Positions 1 through 10,709 of a stretch of 64,000 nt of DNA are shown here, piece by piece. A program made the position numbers and the translations under genes. Positions within the stretch are counted from its first letter, which is position 1. Each line of letters opens with the position of its first letter. The notes below the pieces were generated by a model. The model did not search any database, was not told where the DNA came from, and worked only from the letters and a program-made list of their open reading frames with translations. Source of the stretch: Candidatus Multivoradales bacterium (lineage in GTDB: Bacteria; Acidobacteriota; Thermoanaerobaculia; Multivoradales; Multivoraceae); assembly GCA_965223325.1 (NCBI GenBank), contig CBDCWI010000002.1, forward strand, positions 2,688,001-2,752,000, written 5' to 3'.

Positions 1-1904
1 GGGGTGGTGATGCGCTGTAGCGGATCAGGAAGGATCGGAGTCGCGCGGTAGCCGTCGAGTACGAATTCACGCGCGTCGGTGCGAAAAGCGCGCGCCGCCC
101 GCAGAGCACCCTCCGGCGGTCGGTACTCGATGACCGACCGAACGAACGGCCCCCACCAGCGTGCGAGGCCGTCCTGGGTGCGCTCGACGAGCGCGTACTC
201 GAGGGTTTCACCCGACGGAGCCCGGTTGTCGCGCAGGCTGTAGGTCGCGCCGCTGCTCGCCTCGGGAACCGCCGGTTGCGGTTCTTCTGTCACCGCCACC
301 CATTCTCCAGCGTCGCGCCGCCAGAGTTCCCAGCTCTGGGTTCCGACCTCGGAGGCGGTGCGCCAACGAACCTCGATGCCATCCTCGTTGTAAACGTCGA
401 AGGAGGTCACCGGAGCGTGGGTCAAGGTCGCCGTCTGAATGGTGAGCTGACAGAGTTCGCCAGTCGACAGAGTCGCGGGGCCGAGTTGTGCCGCGCCGCA
501 TAAAGCGCCGGTACACGTGCCGTCGACCCATGTGGCACGGGTGCCGTTGCTGGTTCCGGGCGCCGGGGTGACGTCAACCGGCGTCGCCGCCGTGGGCGTC
601 ACCGTCACGCGATAGGACAGGAGGGCGGCGGAGCCGGCCGCGACGGTTCCCGGGTTCCACTGCACATTCCCGGCGCCACCAGCAGCGGGTTGTGCCACCA
701 CCGTGCCTTGTGACACCGACTGAATCGCCGAGTACAAGACTTGACCACCCGGCACGTTGGCGGTTACAAGGTTGGTGGCGCTGAAGGAGATTGGCAGACT
801 GGTCGGGTTGACCACCCGTACCGTCACGACGAAGTCGCTCGCGACTCCAATCACCGGCGGATTGGGACCAGCGCCGGTCGCCGCCAGGCGTTGCTCGAGG
901 AAGGGGCGCACCGGCACGCCACCACCGTCAATCGGGAGATAGAGGCGGCTGGAGTTGGCATAGGGCTGCCCGGTCGGCGCCGCGGGGCCGGCCAGGTCTT
1001 CGCCGAGGTAGAACACCGACCAGTTGTCTTTGACGCCGTTCGGGGAATCGAGCACCGCCGTCCAACTACCGTAGTCGACGGCCACTGAAGCGGACGTGAA
1101 CCCGGTCATCGCAACGTCCCCCCAGGCCTGATTCCCCGACGGCGGATTGGTCGCCGAGAAGGCTCCCGTACGACTGCTGATGACGTTGTTCCCCAGGTTG
1201 TCCTGGTCGTAGGTTCGATCGCGGACGGTGCAGCCATTGGTGACGTGCGGGTAGACCGTGAGATTGGGCTGCGGCGAACCGACGGTGTTGCCCCACATCA
1301 CGAAGCTATGGGCATAGACCGGTAGCTCGGTTCCACCGGCCGTGGGGTCGGAATCGTGGGCGCGCAACCCGAAGCCGTTCAGGTACCTCTTGGTGCCACC
1401 GGTCGAATCGGTGCGAATCTCCCAATGACCCGGAGCCGGCGCGTTCTGACCGAAGAGCTGGATCCACTGGTTGTTGCAGGGTCCGGTCGCACACAGCTGG
1501 ACGGCAGTAACCGGTCCAGCCGCACCCGCTCCGTTGAGAAGCACCGGCGCTCCGAAGGGGTCGAGCACCGTGATCTGAAACAGGCTGGCGGTCCCGGTAT
1601 CCCAGGCGGCGCCGATGTCAGGATCGAAGAGATCGATCTCGAGACGCGCCAGTCCTGGTGGGACCTCAACAAAGAAACTGTAGTGGGTACCCAGCGCCTT
1701 GGTCACGTAGTCGCCGCTCGACAGCGCCACCTTGGCGCTCAGCTGCCGGAACAGTTCTCCGGGTGCGGCGCCGCCCGAGGTGCCGGCCGCAAACGCTCGT
1801 GTACCCGATAGAAGCACCGTCGCGCTCAGCAAGATCAAACCAAGCTGAGCGTAGCGGGGCCGAATGGACGGCCGAGTCGTTCGGGCTTCGCGAAAGAAGA
1901 GCAT
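1..1904 (-). CDS. Large secreted protein, partial (runs off left edge); possibly the N-terminal part of a C25-peptidase-associated surface protein
   Basis: Absent from the ORF track because it has no stop in the window. Hand translation of both ends (same frame; middle not checked codon by codon) gives MLFFREARTTRPSIRPRYAQLGLILLSATVLLSGTRAFA (signal peptide), then beta-rich sequence and 'VTSFDVYNEDGIEVRWRTASEVGTQSWELWRRD'. The C25 link is inference. Confidence 0.7.
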   Translation of the reverse strand, partial: MLFFREARTTRPSIRPRYAQLGLILLSATVLLSGTRAFAAGTSGGAAPGELFRQLSAKVALSSGDYVTKALGTHYSFFVEVPPGLARLEIDLFDPDIGAAWDTGTASLFQITVLDPFGAPVLLNGAGAAGPVTAVQLCATGPCNNQWIQLFGQNAPAPGHWEIRTDSTGGTKRYLNGFGLRAHDSDPTAGGTELPVYAHSFVMWGNTVGSPQPNLTVYPHVTNGCTVRDRTYDQDNLGNNVISSRTGAFSATNPPSGNQAWGDVAMTGFTSASVAVDYGSWTAVLDSPNGVKDNWSVFYLGEDLAGPAAPTGQPYANSSRLYLPIDGGGVPVRPFLEQRLAATGAGPNPPVIGVASDFVVTVRVVNPTSLPISFSATNLVTANVPGGQVLYSAIQSVSQGTVVAQPAAGGAGNVQWNPGTVAAGSAALLSYRVTVTPTAATPVDVTPAPGTSNGTRATWVDGTCTGALCGAAQLGPATLSTGELCQLTIQTATLTHAPVTSFDVYNEDGIEVRWRTASEVGTQSWELWRRDAGEWVAVTEEPQPAVPEASSGATYSLRDNRAPSGETLEYALVERTQDGLARWWGPFVRSVIEYRPPEGALRAARAFRTDAREFVLDGYRATPILPDPLQRITT

Positions 1905-2023
1905 TTGAAGTTTTACATGCAATCAACAGGCCACGCGAGCAGATAAATCCTATCATTTACAGTTTTAAAATTCTACAAATCGATCGGCAGGGTCACCGCC
2001 AGGACGCCAGAGGGCCGGTCGTC

Positions 2024-4360
2024 CTACCCCACGACCCTGGACCACGAGCTCGTCCCGGCTGATTCGAAGTCGTCCACAAACAGCGGCTTGGGGAGAATGG
2101 TCTGCGAGAACTGCGCTTCGTTGTCCAGCGTGCTGGACTCGGCGGTCGAGGCAGAGGACGATGCCCCGAGGTCGAAGGACTGTCCCGGCTCTCCGGTGAC
2201 CATGACCGTGAGCACGACCGTCTGGACGCTGCCCGCCGGCAGCGAAGCGAAGTCGCAGATGTTGCCACCACCAGGCGTTGCGGGGCTACCGCCGGCGCAG
2301 TCGACGCTTGTGATGACGCCCGCCGACAGCGAGTCGATCGCCAACTGCACGGCCTGCGCATCGGAAGGCCCCTCGTTGGTGAGCTCGAGGGTGAGCTCGA
2401 ACTGCTCGTCCATCTCCTCGGGACCCTCAGGTGCCGAGGCCGTCAGGGCCAGGTTGGCCAGCGGATTGACCGAGAAGGCCAGATCACGTGCATTGTCTAA
2501 AGAAACCGGATCGAACCCTGCGACCGAAGCACTCGTCGGCATGAGAACCTCGCCCACCACATCGGATGCGATTCCGCACATGAAGTCGTAGCGAAACTCG
2601 CTGGATCCGCCGAGCACCAGATCAGCCTCCGAGACACCTCCCGAAACCGGCCCAGGCGAGCACGCGGCCACGCCTCGCCCACCATCTCCGCCAAAGCTGG
2701 TTGGCACACACGTCCACTCGCACCCGTCTAGACCAGCCGGCAGCCCAACCGAGACGTCGACGGTCTGCGGAAAGTAGCCATAGTTGGTGACATGAATCGA
2801 GAACGTCGTCGCTGACCCCGGCGTCGTCCCCGCCACTGCACCGAGATCGACCGCTACGTTCTCAGTCACCTCATAGGCGCCGAGATCGCAGTCTCCGGCG
2901 ATCGAACGATCGAAGCCGCGGCCGTCGCTCTGATCGCAGAAGGCCAGACCCCGCGCCTCGGCCGGCGCGGCATTGATCGCCGGACTGCCTGCCAGCAGTC
3001 GATGAGTCCTCGTGCTGCCGCCGTTGTCGGCCAGCGGCCCGAGATAACTCACGGCGGCGGAAACGGCCTGGTCTGACGAGGCGGTTGGACACTCGGACTC
3101 GGTGTCCTCGAAGAGGTTGTACCCCAGAGTCGAGACGCCGGCCGCCGCCGAGCAATTGGAACCGCCGGGTGCGGAGTTCGACAACACGATCGAACGCCCG
3201 ATCTCGAGCGCCCCGGCAAGGCCACCAGCCTCCGACGACGCTTGGTTCTCCACCACCGTGACGAAGTCCAGCGTGACGGCCACCTCAGGAGGCGCCACGC
3301 CGCGCACATCGGGTGCCAGAAACTCGGCGAACACTCCTCCGCCAACACCAGCGGCGGTCTCGACGCCGACAGCCTGGTTGCCCGACACCGTCACGTTGCT
3401 GAGGGTAAGTCCCGAGCCCAGGGCGAAGACCGCACCTCCGCGGGCATAAGTCTCCACCACTTGCGAGTGAATCTCGGCCACGTTGCCCTCGAACGATGAC
3501 TCTTCGACCGTACCGGCCCCACCGAACCACAGCCCACCGCCCTCGACTTGACCTTCATCGCTGAGGTCGTCGATCATCTCGGCGTGGTTGTTGCTGAAAG
3601 TCGTTCCACGCACCGCAAGCGACCCGGCGCTGTAGATGCCTCCTCCTTGAAATCGTGGTCCACCGAGCTCACGAAGTTCTTCGAAGTCCTGAGGACGCAC
3701 CAGGTTGTCTTCGATGAGGCTGTCGATGATGACCAGCGTCGGTACCGGGTCAAGTGGCCCGGGGGCCGGAGCGTTGAAAATCCCGCCACCGCGCTCAGCC
3801 TCGTTGTCGGCAACTCGAACGTTGCGTAGCACGAGCCGACCACGGTTGTAGATTCCTGCGCCCTCGTTGGCGCGCCCGCCCTCGATCGCAAGACCATGGA
3901 GTGCTGGACTGCCGCCCAACTGGTCGGTGTAAGTGCACTCGAGGACGCGGTGATCACCGACCGCGCTGATCACCGTCTGGTCGCTCCCAACACCCTCCAG
4001 AACGAGCCGGCTCTCAATGAAGAGCGAGCCGAACTCGACCTCGTAGGTGCCGGCTGCGAGCTGGATCAAGTCCTCCGCGGGCCCATCGGGACCGGGACCT
4101 GGCGTACCCGAGGGACATGTATCGACGGCACTTTTGCTGCGCGCCGCGAGCAGGGCCTCGCGCAACGAACACTCGCCGTCACTGCCTTGCGCCGGAGTCC
4201 AGTCTGAGAACGTCGTCACCACAATCGCACCAGCACCGCGGGTGACCTCGCCGTTTAGAGAATCGTCTGCGGCTTCTGCGGTCTGCGCAACGAGCAGGGC
4301 TGCCAACAGAGGCCCGATGCGTAGAGCGGAAGCGAGGCGGCCGGAGAGAGAAGGGTTCAA
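2024..4360 (-). CDS. Secreted CSLREA-domain / beta-helix / choice-of-anchor Q / DUF11 protein
   Basis: Signal peptide, 'ECSLREAL' motif, GGGI/GGAV beta-helix repeats, 'LGPLADNGGSTRTHRLLAGSPAINA', DUF11-like 'TNEGPSDA', C-terminal 'LFVDDFESAGTSSWSRVVG'. Confidence 0.85.
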   Translation of the reverse strand: MNPSLSGRLASALRIGPLLAALLVAQTAEAADDSLNGEVTRGAGAIVVTTFSDWTPAQGSDGECSLREALLAARSKSAVDTCPSGTPGPGPDGPAEDLIQLAAGTYEVEFGSLFIESRLVLEGVGSDQTVISAVGDHRVLECTYTDQLGGSPALHGLAIEGGRANEGAGIYNRGRLVLRNVRVADNEAERGGGIFNAPAPGPLDPVPTLVIIDSLIEDNLVRPQDFEELRELGGPRFQGGGIYSAGSLAVRGTTFSNNHAEMIDDLSDEGQVEGGGLWFGGAGTVEESSFEGNVAEIHSQVVETYARGGAVFALGSGLTLSNVTVSGNQAVGVETAAGVGGGVFAEFLAPDVRGVAPPEVAVTLDFVTVVENQASSEAGGLAGALEIGRSIVLSNSAPGGSNCSAAAGVSTLGYNLFEDTESECPTASSDQAVSAAVSYLGPLADNGGSTRTHRLLAGSPAINAAPAEARGLAFCDQSDGRGFDRSIAGDCDLGAYEVTENVAVDLGAVAGTTPGSATTFSIHVTNYGYFPQTVDVSVGLPAGLDGCEWTCVPTSFGGDGGRGVAACSPGPVSGGVSEADLVLGGSSEFRYDFMCGIASDVVGEVLMPTSASVAGFDPVSLDNARDLAFSVNPLANLALTASAPEGPEEMDEQFELTLELTNEGPSDAQAVQLAIDSLSAGVITSVDCAGGSPATPGGGNICDFASLPAGSVQTVVLTVMVTGEPGQSFDLGASSSASTAESSTLDNEAQFSQTILPKPLFVDDFESAGTSSWSRVVG

Positions 4361-4375
4361 AGTGCTGCCTCCTCG

Positions 4376-7300
4376 CTAGCGTGAGCGGATTCTCTGACGC
4401 CGACCAGAACTGGTTGAGTACTCGATGTGAAGAAGCGGAGCACCGCTCGACGAGCCGTTGTACGAGTCGGCAACACGTTTCCCGGTCCCGGTCACTACGA
4501 AAGCGATGGCGTTACCACTCACCCAGTCGGGACGTGAAACGACCGACTGGACCACCGGAGCGAGGTTCGGGGTTTGCTGGGCCGGACCGGCATCGAGCTT
4601 GGTTTGCCAGGGAGCTGGGTTCCACACCACCGCCGCCTGCGTGCGCGGACGACTCGAGATATTGCCGTCGCTAGTCGTGAATCCAGGCGCGGAACCGGTG
4701 TCGTGGGCCTCGAACGTGAGGCTGGTGGCCTCACTGTTGACTTCGTCGGCCTGGAACTGAATCCAGGCGTTGATGATCGTGGCCCCCGGGGGTATCGCAA
4801 CTCCCTGGAAGCGCATACCGACAAGCTGCACCGCACCATCGTCGATCATCTCGAGATCGCTGCTGGTGACGTTCATCGAGCCATCGGAGAGGGTCTCCTC
4901 GGCATCGTCGGCGCCGGTGCTGACTCGCACCTCGAAGGTCTGCGGCGTATCGACAACCTCGACTGTCATGTCGTCGGAAGAGTCGAGCTCACCATCCGAC
5001 GCGGTCAACCGGATGACAAAGGTCCCGCTGGTGCCGAAGGTCGCGTCCGTCGACAGTTGGTTGGGAGTGCCGAAGGTCACGGAAGCGGGGCCACTCACCA
5101 AGGACCAGCTGACAGCGATCGGCCCGGGCTGGCCGTCGTCGCTGGCCGAGCCTTGAAGTTGGAGCGCCACCCCGACACCGACAACCGCGTCGGCACCGGC
5201 CGCGACCACCGGCGCCTGGTTTGGCCCCAGCGGTTCGACGACAACCTCCACGTCGTCGGAAACGGTGAACTCACCGTCGTCGGCGCTGAGACGGAGGACG
5301 TAGGTTCCATCGATCGGGAACGACACGCCAGTGGTCTCCGCGTCGGGGCTGGTGAAGGTCGCCGTGCCGGGCCCTCCGACCTGACTCCAGGCGAGCACAA
5401 CCGGCGTTTCTCGGCCGTCATCAGAGACACTGCCAGCCAGCGTTAGAGACTGGGCGATCGAGACCGTCTGATCGGTGCCGGCAAAGACGACCGGCGGCTG
5501 GTTCGGAGGCGGAGGCCCCGTCGTGTACTCAACGTGCAGAAGTGGCGCCTTCTCGCTTCCACCCTCGTAGGAGTCGGCGGTGCGCTTGCCGGTGCCGTCG
5601 ATCAGGAAGGCAACTGCGTTGCCACTCACCCAGTCGGAACGGGAAACGACGGTCTGCAAGAGCGTCTTCAACTCCGTGGTGCGCTCGGCAGACCCAGCGG
5701 CGCCGACAGACGTCCAGGGCTCGGGTGACCAGGACACGGCAAGGGTCGAGAGAGCTCGCGACGACAGGTCACCGTTGGAGCTGGAAAAGGGCGCCGCCGA
5801 ACCAACGTTCTCGATGCGAATCGAGAGATCGGTCACAACGCTGTCGGTTTCATCGGCAACGAACTGCACCCACGCAGTGTGAATCGTGGCGTTCTGGGGC
5901 ACATCGAGGTTCGCGAACCTCACACCGACAAGCTGGTTGACCGACTCCTCGACCATCTCGAGATCGCTGCTGGTCACCGAGACCGACCCGCCAGGGTTGT
6001 CTTCTTCGGCATCGTCGCTGCCAGCGGCAACCCGAACCTCGACCGTCGTGGGCTGTGACACCACGGTCACGGTCAGTTCGTCGTTGACCTGGAACTCACC
6101 GTCGTCGGCCTCGAGCCGCAGCTCATAGTCGCCCACCGCCGAGAACACAACCGTTGTACTGGCGCTCTCTGGGTTGGCAAACGTCGCCGCCCCGGGGCCA
6201 GCGACCTGGCTCCAGGCGAGTGCCAATGGGCCCGGCTGGCCGTCGTCCGCCACCGTCGCCACCAGAACAGCTGGCGAGCTGATCGCAACGGTGCGATCTT
6301 CACCCACATCGACGGTCGGGCCCTGGTTGGGCGGCATGGGTGCCACAGTCACCGTGAGCTCGTCGAACGAGGAGAGCTCGCCGTCAAAAGCTGTCAGGCG
6401 CAAGACATAGACACCGTCGGCTGAGAACGACACGCTCGTGCCTGCGGCGGTGTGATCTGCGAAGACCACCGTTCCCGGCCCAATGACCATCGTCCAGGCC
6501 AGCGATACGGGCGACGGTTGCCCGTCGTCATCGATGAAGGCGCTGAGTGCAACGTGCGCCGGAAGGGTCACATTCTTGTCGGCGCCGACGTCGACGGTGG
6601 GAGCCTGGTTCGGCGGCGGTGGCGCAACCGTCACCGCAACCTCGTCGAACGCTGCGAGCTCACCGTCCGAGACCTCGGCGCGCAAGACATAGCCACCTTC
6701 GGCGCTGAAGGAAGCATTGGTGCTGGCGCTCGCGGGGGCGCTGAAGGTGACGCTACCCGGGCCGCTCACCTTCGACCACTGGATCGTCAACGGCCCCGGC
6801 TGACCGTCATCGGATGTGTTGGCTACGAGCTGCACAGTGTCGGTGAGTTCAATGGAGAGGTCGGTACCGACGTCAACGGTCGGCGCCTGGTTCGGGGCCG
6901 GCGGACCGAAGCCGAACTCGACGTGCAGGGTCGGAGCGTTAGAACTCGATCCATCCCAGGAGTCGGCGACTCGCTTGCCGCTGCCCGAAACCAGGAGCAG
7001 AACCGAGTTGCCGCTCGCCCATGAAGGAAGGTCGATGACCTCCTGGAGAACATCGCTCAGGTTGGGAGTGCGCTCGGCGATCCCTCGATTGCCCACTGCC
7101 GTCCACGGCTCTGGCGACCAGGTTGCGACAGCAGTGGTCGTTTGGCGCGACGAAAGGCCAAAGGCGCTCGAAGTGATCGGTGGGGCATCGGCGATCTTCT
7201 CGGCACGCACTTCGAGTGAAGTCGCACCGCTATCGACCTCGTCGACCTGGAACTGCACCCAAGCGTTCAAGATGGTCGCCGCGGGTGGCACTGCGACACC

Positions 7301-10300
7301 TTCGAAGCGCAGACCGACGAGCTGCAGCTTGCCCTTGTCGTCGATGAGTTCGAGATCACTGCTGGTGCGCGAGACCGATCCGGAGGCCACGCGCTCCTCG
7401 GCATCGTTGTTGCTCTGGTCAATTGAAACTTCGATCACCGTCGGTGCATCGACGACTTCGACCGAAACATCGTCGCTCATCGTGAACTCACCATCGTCAA
7501 CGGTAAGTCGCAAGACATAGTCGCCGGGTGCACTGAAGGTCGCAGAAGTCGACAACGCCGACGCGTCGCCGAAGACCACCGCTCCGAGGCCTGAGACTTT
7601 CGACCAGAGCGTCACCGGCGGGGCCACCAGGCCGTCGTCCTGGACCGAGCCCGAGAGTTGACCGGCGACACCGAGCGCGACCATGAAGTCGCCACCGGCG
7701 TTCACCGCTGGGGGCTGATTGGGCGGCTGCGGCGCAACGTCAACCGTCAGCTCCGAGAACGACGACAACTCGCCGTCGTCGGCGGTGATGCGCAAGGTGT
7801 AGAGGCCGGCGGCGGCAAACCAGGCGGTCGTCGCGGAGGCTGCGTTGTCGTCGAAAGTCACAGCACCCGGACCGCTTTGAACCGTCCAGAGAACCGACAC
7901 CGGACCGGGTTGGCCGTCGTCGGACACCGATGCTGTGAGACTCGCACCGCTCGGCAAGGCAATCATCTGATTCGGGCCGGCTGAAACGACGGGAGCTTCG
8001 TTCGGCGGTGGCGGGTCGACTTGTACCGTCAGATCGTCGGTCGTCGTGTACTCGCCGTCATAGGCGGCGATGCGCAGCGTGTAGAGGCCATTGACACTGA
8101 AGGTCGCGTCGGTCTGTTCAGCCGTTGCATCCTGGAAAGTCACCGTACCCGGCCCCGCAACCTTGCTCCAGAGGACCGTGACCGGTGAGGGTTGCCCGTC
8201 ATCACTGACCGTCGCAGCGAGCGAGACGCTCTGTGCCTGATGAATCGTCTGATCCGCTCCAGCCGCAACCACCGGCGCCTGGTTGGGGGGCGGCGGGCCG
8301 AGGCTGTACTCGACGTGCAGTAGCGCGGCGGCCGAAGATTCTCCGTCGTAGGACTCGGCGACTCGCGACCCACTACCCGTCAGAAGGATCGCCAGGGCGT
8401 TGCCTTCGGCCCAGCCCTCTCGGTCAACGACCTCTTGAAGAACCGGCGCGAGGTTCGGGGTCCGTTGGTCGGCGCCGGCATCACCGACCGACTGCCACGG
8501 CGCCGGCGTCCAGGCCACCGACTGAACCGTTCGCGGTCGAGCCGAGAAGTCGCCCGTCGAGCTACTGAGGGACGGGGCATCATCGCTGGCCTGTGCTTCG
8601 ATTTGCAGCTGGGTGGTGCCACTCGAAGACTCATCGGCCTGGAACTGAACCCAGGCTTCAACGATCTGAGCTCCCTGCGGGACCGAAACGCCACCAAAAC
8701 GCAGCGCCACGACCTGCTCGGTGCCCTTGTCGCTGATCATCTCGAGGTCACTGCTCGAGAGGCTGATCGAACCACCAGGCAAACGTTCCTCGCCGTCGTC
8801 GTTCGACCCTGCAATCCGAGTCTCGAACACCTGCGGCGCGTCTTCGACGGTGACGGCCAGGTCTGCGTAGCTGGAAAGCGCACCGTCGGAGACGCTGAAG
8901 CGCAGAACGTAGGCGCCCGGAAGCGAGAAGATCGCACCGGTCGACGGGCTCGACGGGTTGCTGAACACCACCGTGCCGGGGCCGGAAATCTTCGCCCAGC
9001 TGAAGGTCATGCCCATCGACTGCGGCAGGCCGTCGTCGCTGTAGGACCCTTCGAGGCTCGCGGTCTGGGTGACGAACAGAGTCAGCGGCGGTCCGGCCGA
9101 GACCGAAGGCGCCTGATTGGTCGTGCCCTCGGGATAGACCGTCACCTCGACGTCGTCGGTGGCAGTGAACTCGCCGTCGTCGGCCAGAAGGCGCAGGACG
9201 TAGGTGCCTTCCAGGCTGAACGAGACCGACGATTCGAGGGCGGCGGGAGTCGTGAAGGTGGCGGTTCCCGGCCCGCTGACCTGGCTCCAAGTGTGGGAAA
9301 GCGGCAGGCTCAGGCCATCGTCGGTGACCGAACCGGTGAGCGTGACGCTCGCGGGTAGAACGACCCCGAGATCAGCCCCCGCGGAGACCACCGGGGCGGC
9401 GTTCGGGGGCGGGCCCTTGAGTAAGGTGAACTCATCATCCACCGCACCGTTCTCGCGCAGAAACACGACATACATCTCATTGCCGGTGACATCGATCACC
9501 AGTGAGCCGAGCTCAGACAGGCCCAGGTACATCGCCGGGTGATCGAAGTCCCCTGACGACCTCTTCCCGGAGCTCCCGGCCACGATATAGACCGCACCCG
9601 GTCCATCGGCGTCGTACTCACCGTCACCAGACGCGCGTCCGTCACCGCCGTCAATCAACATGGTGCCGGGATCGAACGAACTCGATGAACCATAGTGGCC
9701 GTCGATCAGGAAGGACCGTTCATAGGAGTGACTGTGGCCAGTCAGGATGAGATCGGTGCCGTAGGCCTCGAGGATGGGGACAGCGTTCTGGCGGATCTCT
9801 TCGAGCGAGCTCGAACTGTCGGAATCGTGCGACCCCTTCGAGTACGGGGGGTGATGGAAGAAGGCGACGATCCAGGTCTGATCGGTCGAGGCGAGATCAT
9901 TCTCGAGCCACGTGAGCATCGGCCCGGTCGGAGAGTTGTCGCTGTCGTAGGAGTCCAGACAGACGTAGTGCACGTTGCCGACATCGAACGAGTAGTAGGC
10001 CTCCGTGCCTGAAGCCACACCCCCCGCCTCGCCTTGACGCGGCAGCGTGAAGAGGTCGTAGTAGACGCCACTCTGCGAGTCTGAGCTGGCGCTCCTTCCA
10101 TCATGGTTGCCGAGCGTCGACCAGAGCACAGACTTCTGCAACGTCGACGGATACATGTCGAAGACAGCCCTCTGGTACTCGCTGTCGCGGCCGTCGCTGT
10201 AGGCGTTGTCTCCGAGCATCAGCCAGGTCTGGGTGTGCATGTTGCCGGTATAGCCGAGGTAGGCATCGCGCACCGCTCGGGCCCGGTCGTCTGCGGTCCC

Positions 10301-10708
10301 CGAGTCTCCGAGCACCCAGATGCGCTGCGGCTCGGTACTGCCAACGACGGGTGAGGTGCGGAAATAGTGTTCCGCGTCACCACCGGCGAGCGTCTGACTG
10401 GTCGTACCAACGGTGTAGTAGTAGACCGTCGCCGGGTCGAGACCGGTGAGCAGAACGGCGTGATCGGTTGCCAGGTTGAGGCTCGTCGCCTGCCCATCCA
10501 CCACTCCGGGCGCCGCACCATAGGTCACTCGACTGTCGGTGGCGTAGTTCGTTCGCCAGCGCACGACAACGCTATCGGGGGTGCCGCGTTGAAGATAGGG
10601 ACCCCGGGTCACCGTCTGCGCCGCAACCGGCGCTACGGTCGTGACCCCTGAGAAGAGAGCCAGAGCCAACAGAAACGGCATGCTTCGATCAAACGGCAGG
10701 CACTTCAT
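4376..10708 (-). CDS. Secreted purple-acid-phosphatase-type metallophosphoesterase with 10 K319L/PKD-like repeats and 4 'DDAEE' modules
   Basis: Motifs GDSG, GDNAY, GNHD, GHSHSYER; repeated 'NQAPxVxAG...YVLRL.A.DGE' units. Start placed at ATG 10708, just after the upstream stop; the ORF track extends to 10852. Confidence 0.88.
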   Translation of the reverse strand: MKCLPFDRSMPFLLALALFSGVTTVAPVAAQTVTRGPYLQRGTPDSVVVRWRTNYATDSRVTYGAAPGVVDGQATSLNLATDHAVLLTGLDPATVYYYTVGTTSQTLAGGDAEHYFRTSPVVGSTEPQRIWVLGDSGTADDRARAVRDAYLGYTGNMHTQTWLMLGDNAYSDGRDSEYQRAVFDMYPSTLQKSVLWSTLGNHDGRSASSDSQSGVYYDLFTLPRQGEAGGVASGTEAYYSFDVGNVHYVCLDSYDSDNSPTGPMLTWLENDLASTDQTWIVAFFHHPPYSKGSHDSDSSSSLEEIRQNAVPILEAYGTDLILTGHSHSYERSFLIDGHYGSSSSFDPGTMLIDGGDGRASGDGEYDADGPGAVYIVAGSSGKRSSGDFDHPAMYLGLSELGSLVIDVTGNEMYVVFLRENGAVDDEFTLLKGPPPNAAPVVSAGADLGVVLPASVTLTGSVTDDGLSLPLSHTWSQVSGPGTATFTTPAALESSVSFSLEGTYVLRLLADDGEFTATDDVEVTVYPEGTTNQAPSVSAGPPLTLFVTQTASLEGSYSDDGLPQSMGMTFSWAKISGPGTVVFSNPSSPSTGAIFSLPGAYVLRFSVSDGALSSYADLAVTVEDAPQVFETRIAGSNDDGEERLPGGSISLSSSDLEMISDKGTEQVVALRFGGVSVPQGAQIVEAWVQFQADESSSGTTQLQIEAQASDDAPSLSSSTGDFSARPRTVQSVAWTPAPWQSVGDAGADQRTPNLAPVLQEVVDREGWAEGNALAILLTGSGSRVAESYDGESSAAALLHVEYSLGPPPPNQAPVVAAGADQTIHQAQSVSLAATVSDDGQPSPVTVLWSKVAGPGTVTFQDATAEQTDATFSVNGLYTLRIAAYDGEYTTTDDLTVQVDPPPPNEAPVVSAGPNQMIALPSGASLTASVSDDGQPGPVSVLWTVQSGPGAVTFDDNAASATTAWFAAAGLYTLRITADDGELSSFSELTVDVAPQPPNQPPAVNAGGDFMVALGVAGQLSGSVQDDGLVAPPVTLWSKVSGLGAVVFGDASALSTSATFSAPGDYVLRLTVDDGEFTMSDDVSVEVVDAPTVIEVSIDQSNNDAEERVASGSVSRTSSDLELIDDKGKLQLVGLRFEGVAVPPAATILNAWVQFQVDEVDSGATSLEVRAEKIADAPPITSSAFGLSSRQTTTAVATWSPEPWTAVGNRGIAERTPNLSDVLQEVIDLPSWASGNSVLLLVSGSGKRVADSWDGSSSNAPTLHVEFGFGPPAPNQAPTVDVGTDLSIELTDTVQLVANTSDDGQPGPLTIQWSKVSGPGSVTFSAPASASTNASFSAEGGYVLRAEVSDGELAAFDEVAVTVAPPPPNQAPTVDVGADKNVTLPAHVALSAFIDDDGQPSPVSLAWTMVIGPGTVVFADHTAAGTSVSFSADGVYVLRLTAFDGELSSFDELTVTVAPMPPNQGPTVDVGEDRTVAISSPAVLVATVADDGQPGPLALAWSQVAGPGAATFANPESASTTVVFSAVGDYELRLEADDGEFQVNDELTVTVVSQPTTVEVRVAAGSDDAEEDNPGGSVSVTSSDLEMVEESVNQLVGVRFANLDVPQNATIHTAWVQFVADETDSVVTDLSIRIENVGSAAPFSSSNGDLSSRALSTLAVSWSPEPWTSVGAAGSAERTTELKTLLQTVVSRSDWVSGNAVAFLIDGTGKRTADSYEGGSEKAPLLHVEYTTGPPPPNQPPVVFAGTDQTVSIAQSLTLAGSVSDDGRETPVVLAWSQVGGPGTATFTSPDAETTGVSFPIDGTYVLRLSADDGEFTVSDDVEVVVEPLGPNQAPVVAAGADAVVGVGVALQLQGSASDDGQPGPIAVSWSLVSGPASVTFGTPNQLSTDATFGTSGTFVIRLTASDGELDSSDDMTVEVVDTPQTFEVRVSTGADDAEETLSDGSMNVTSSDLEMIDDGAVQLVGMRFQGVAIPPGATIINAWIQFQADEVNSEATSLTFEAHDTGSAPGFTTSDGNISSRPRTQAAVVWNPAPWQTKLDAGPAQQTPNLAPVVQSVVSRPDWVSGNAIAFVVTGTGKRVADSYNGSSSGAPLLHIEYSTSSGRRQRIRSR

Positions 10709-10709
10709 C

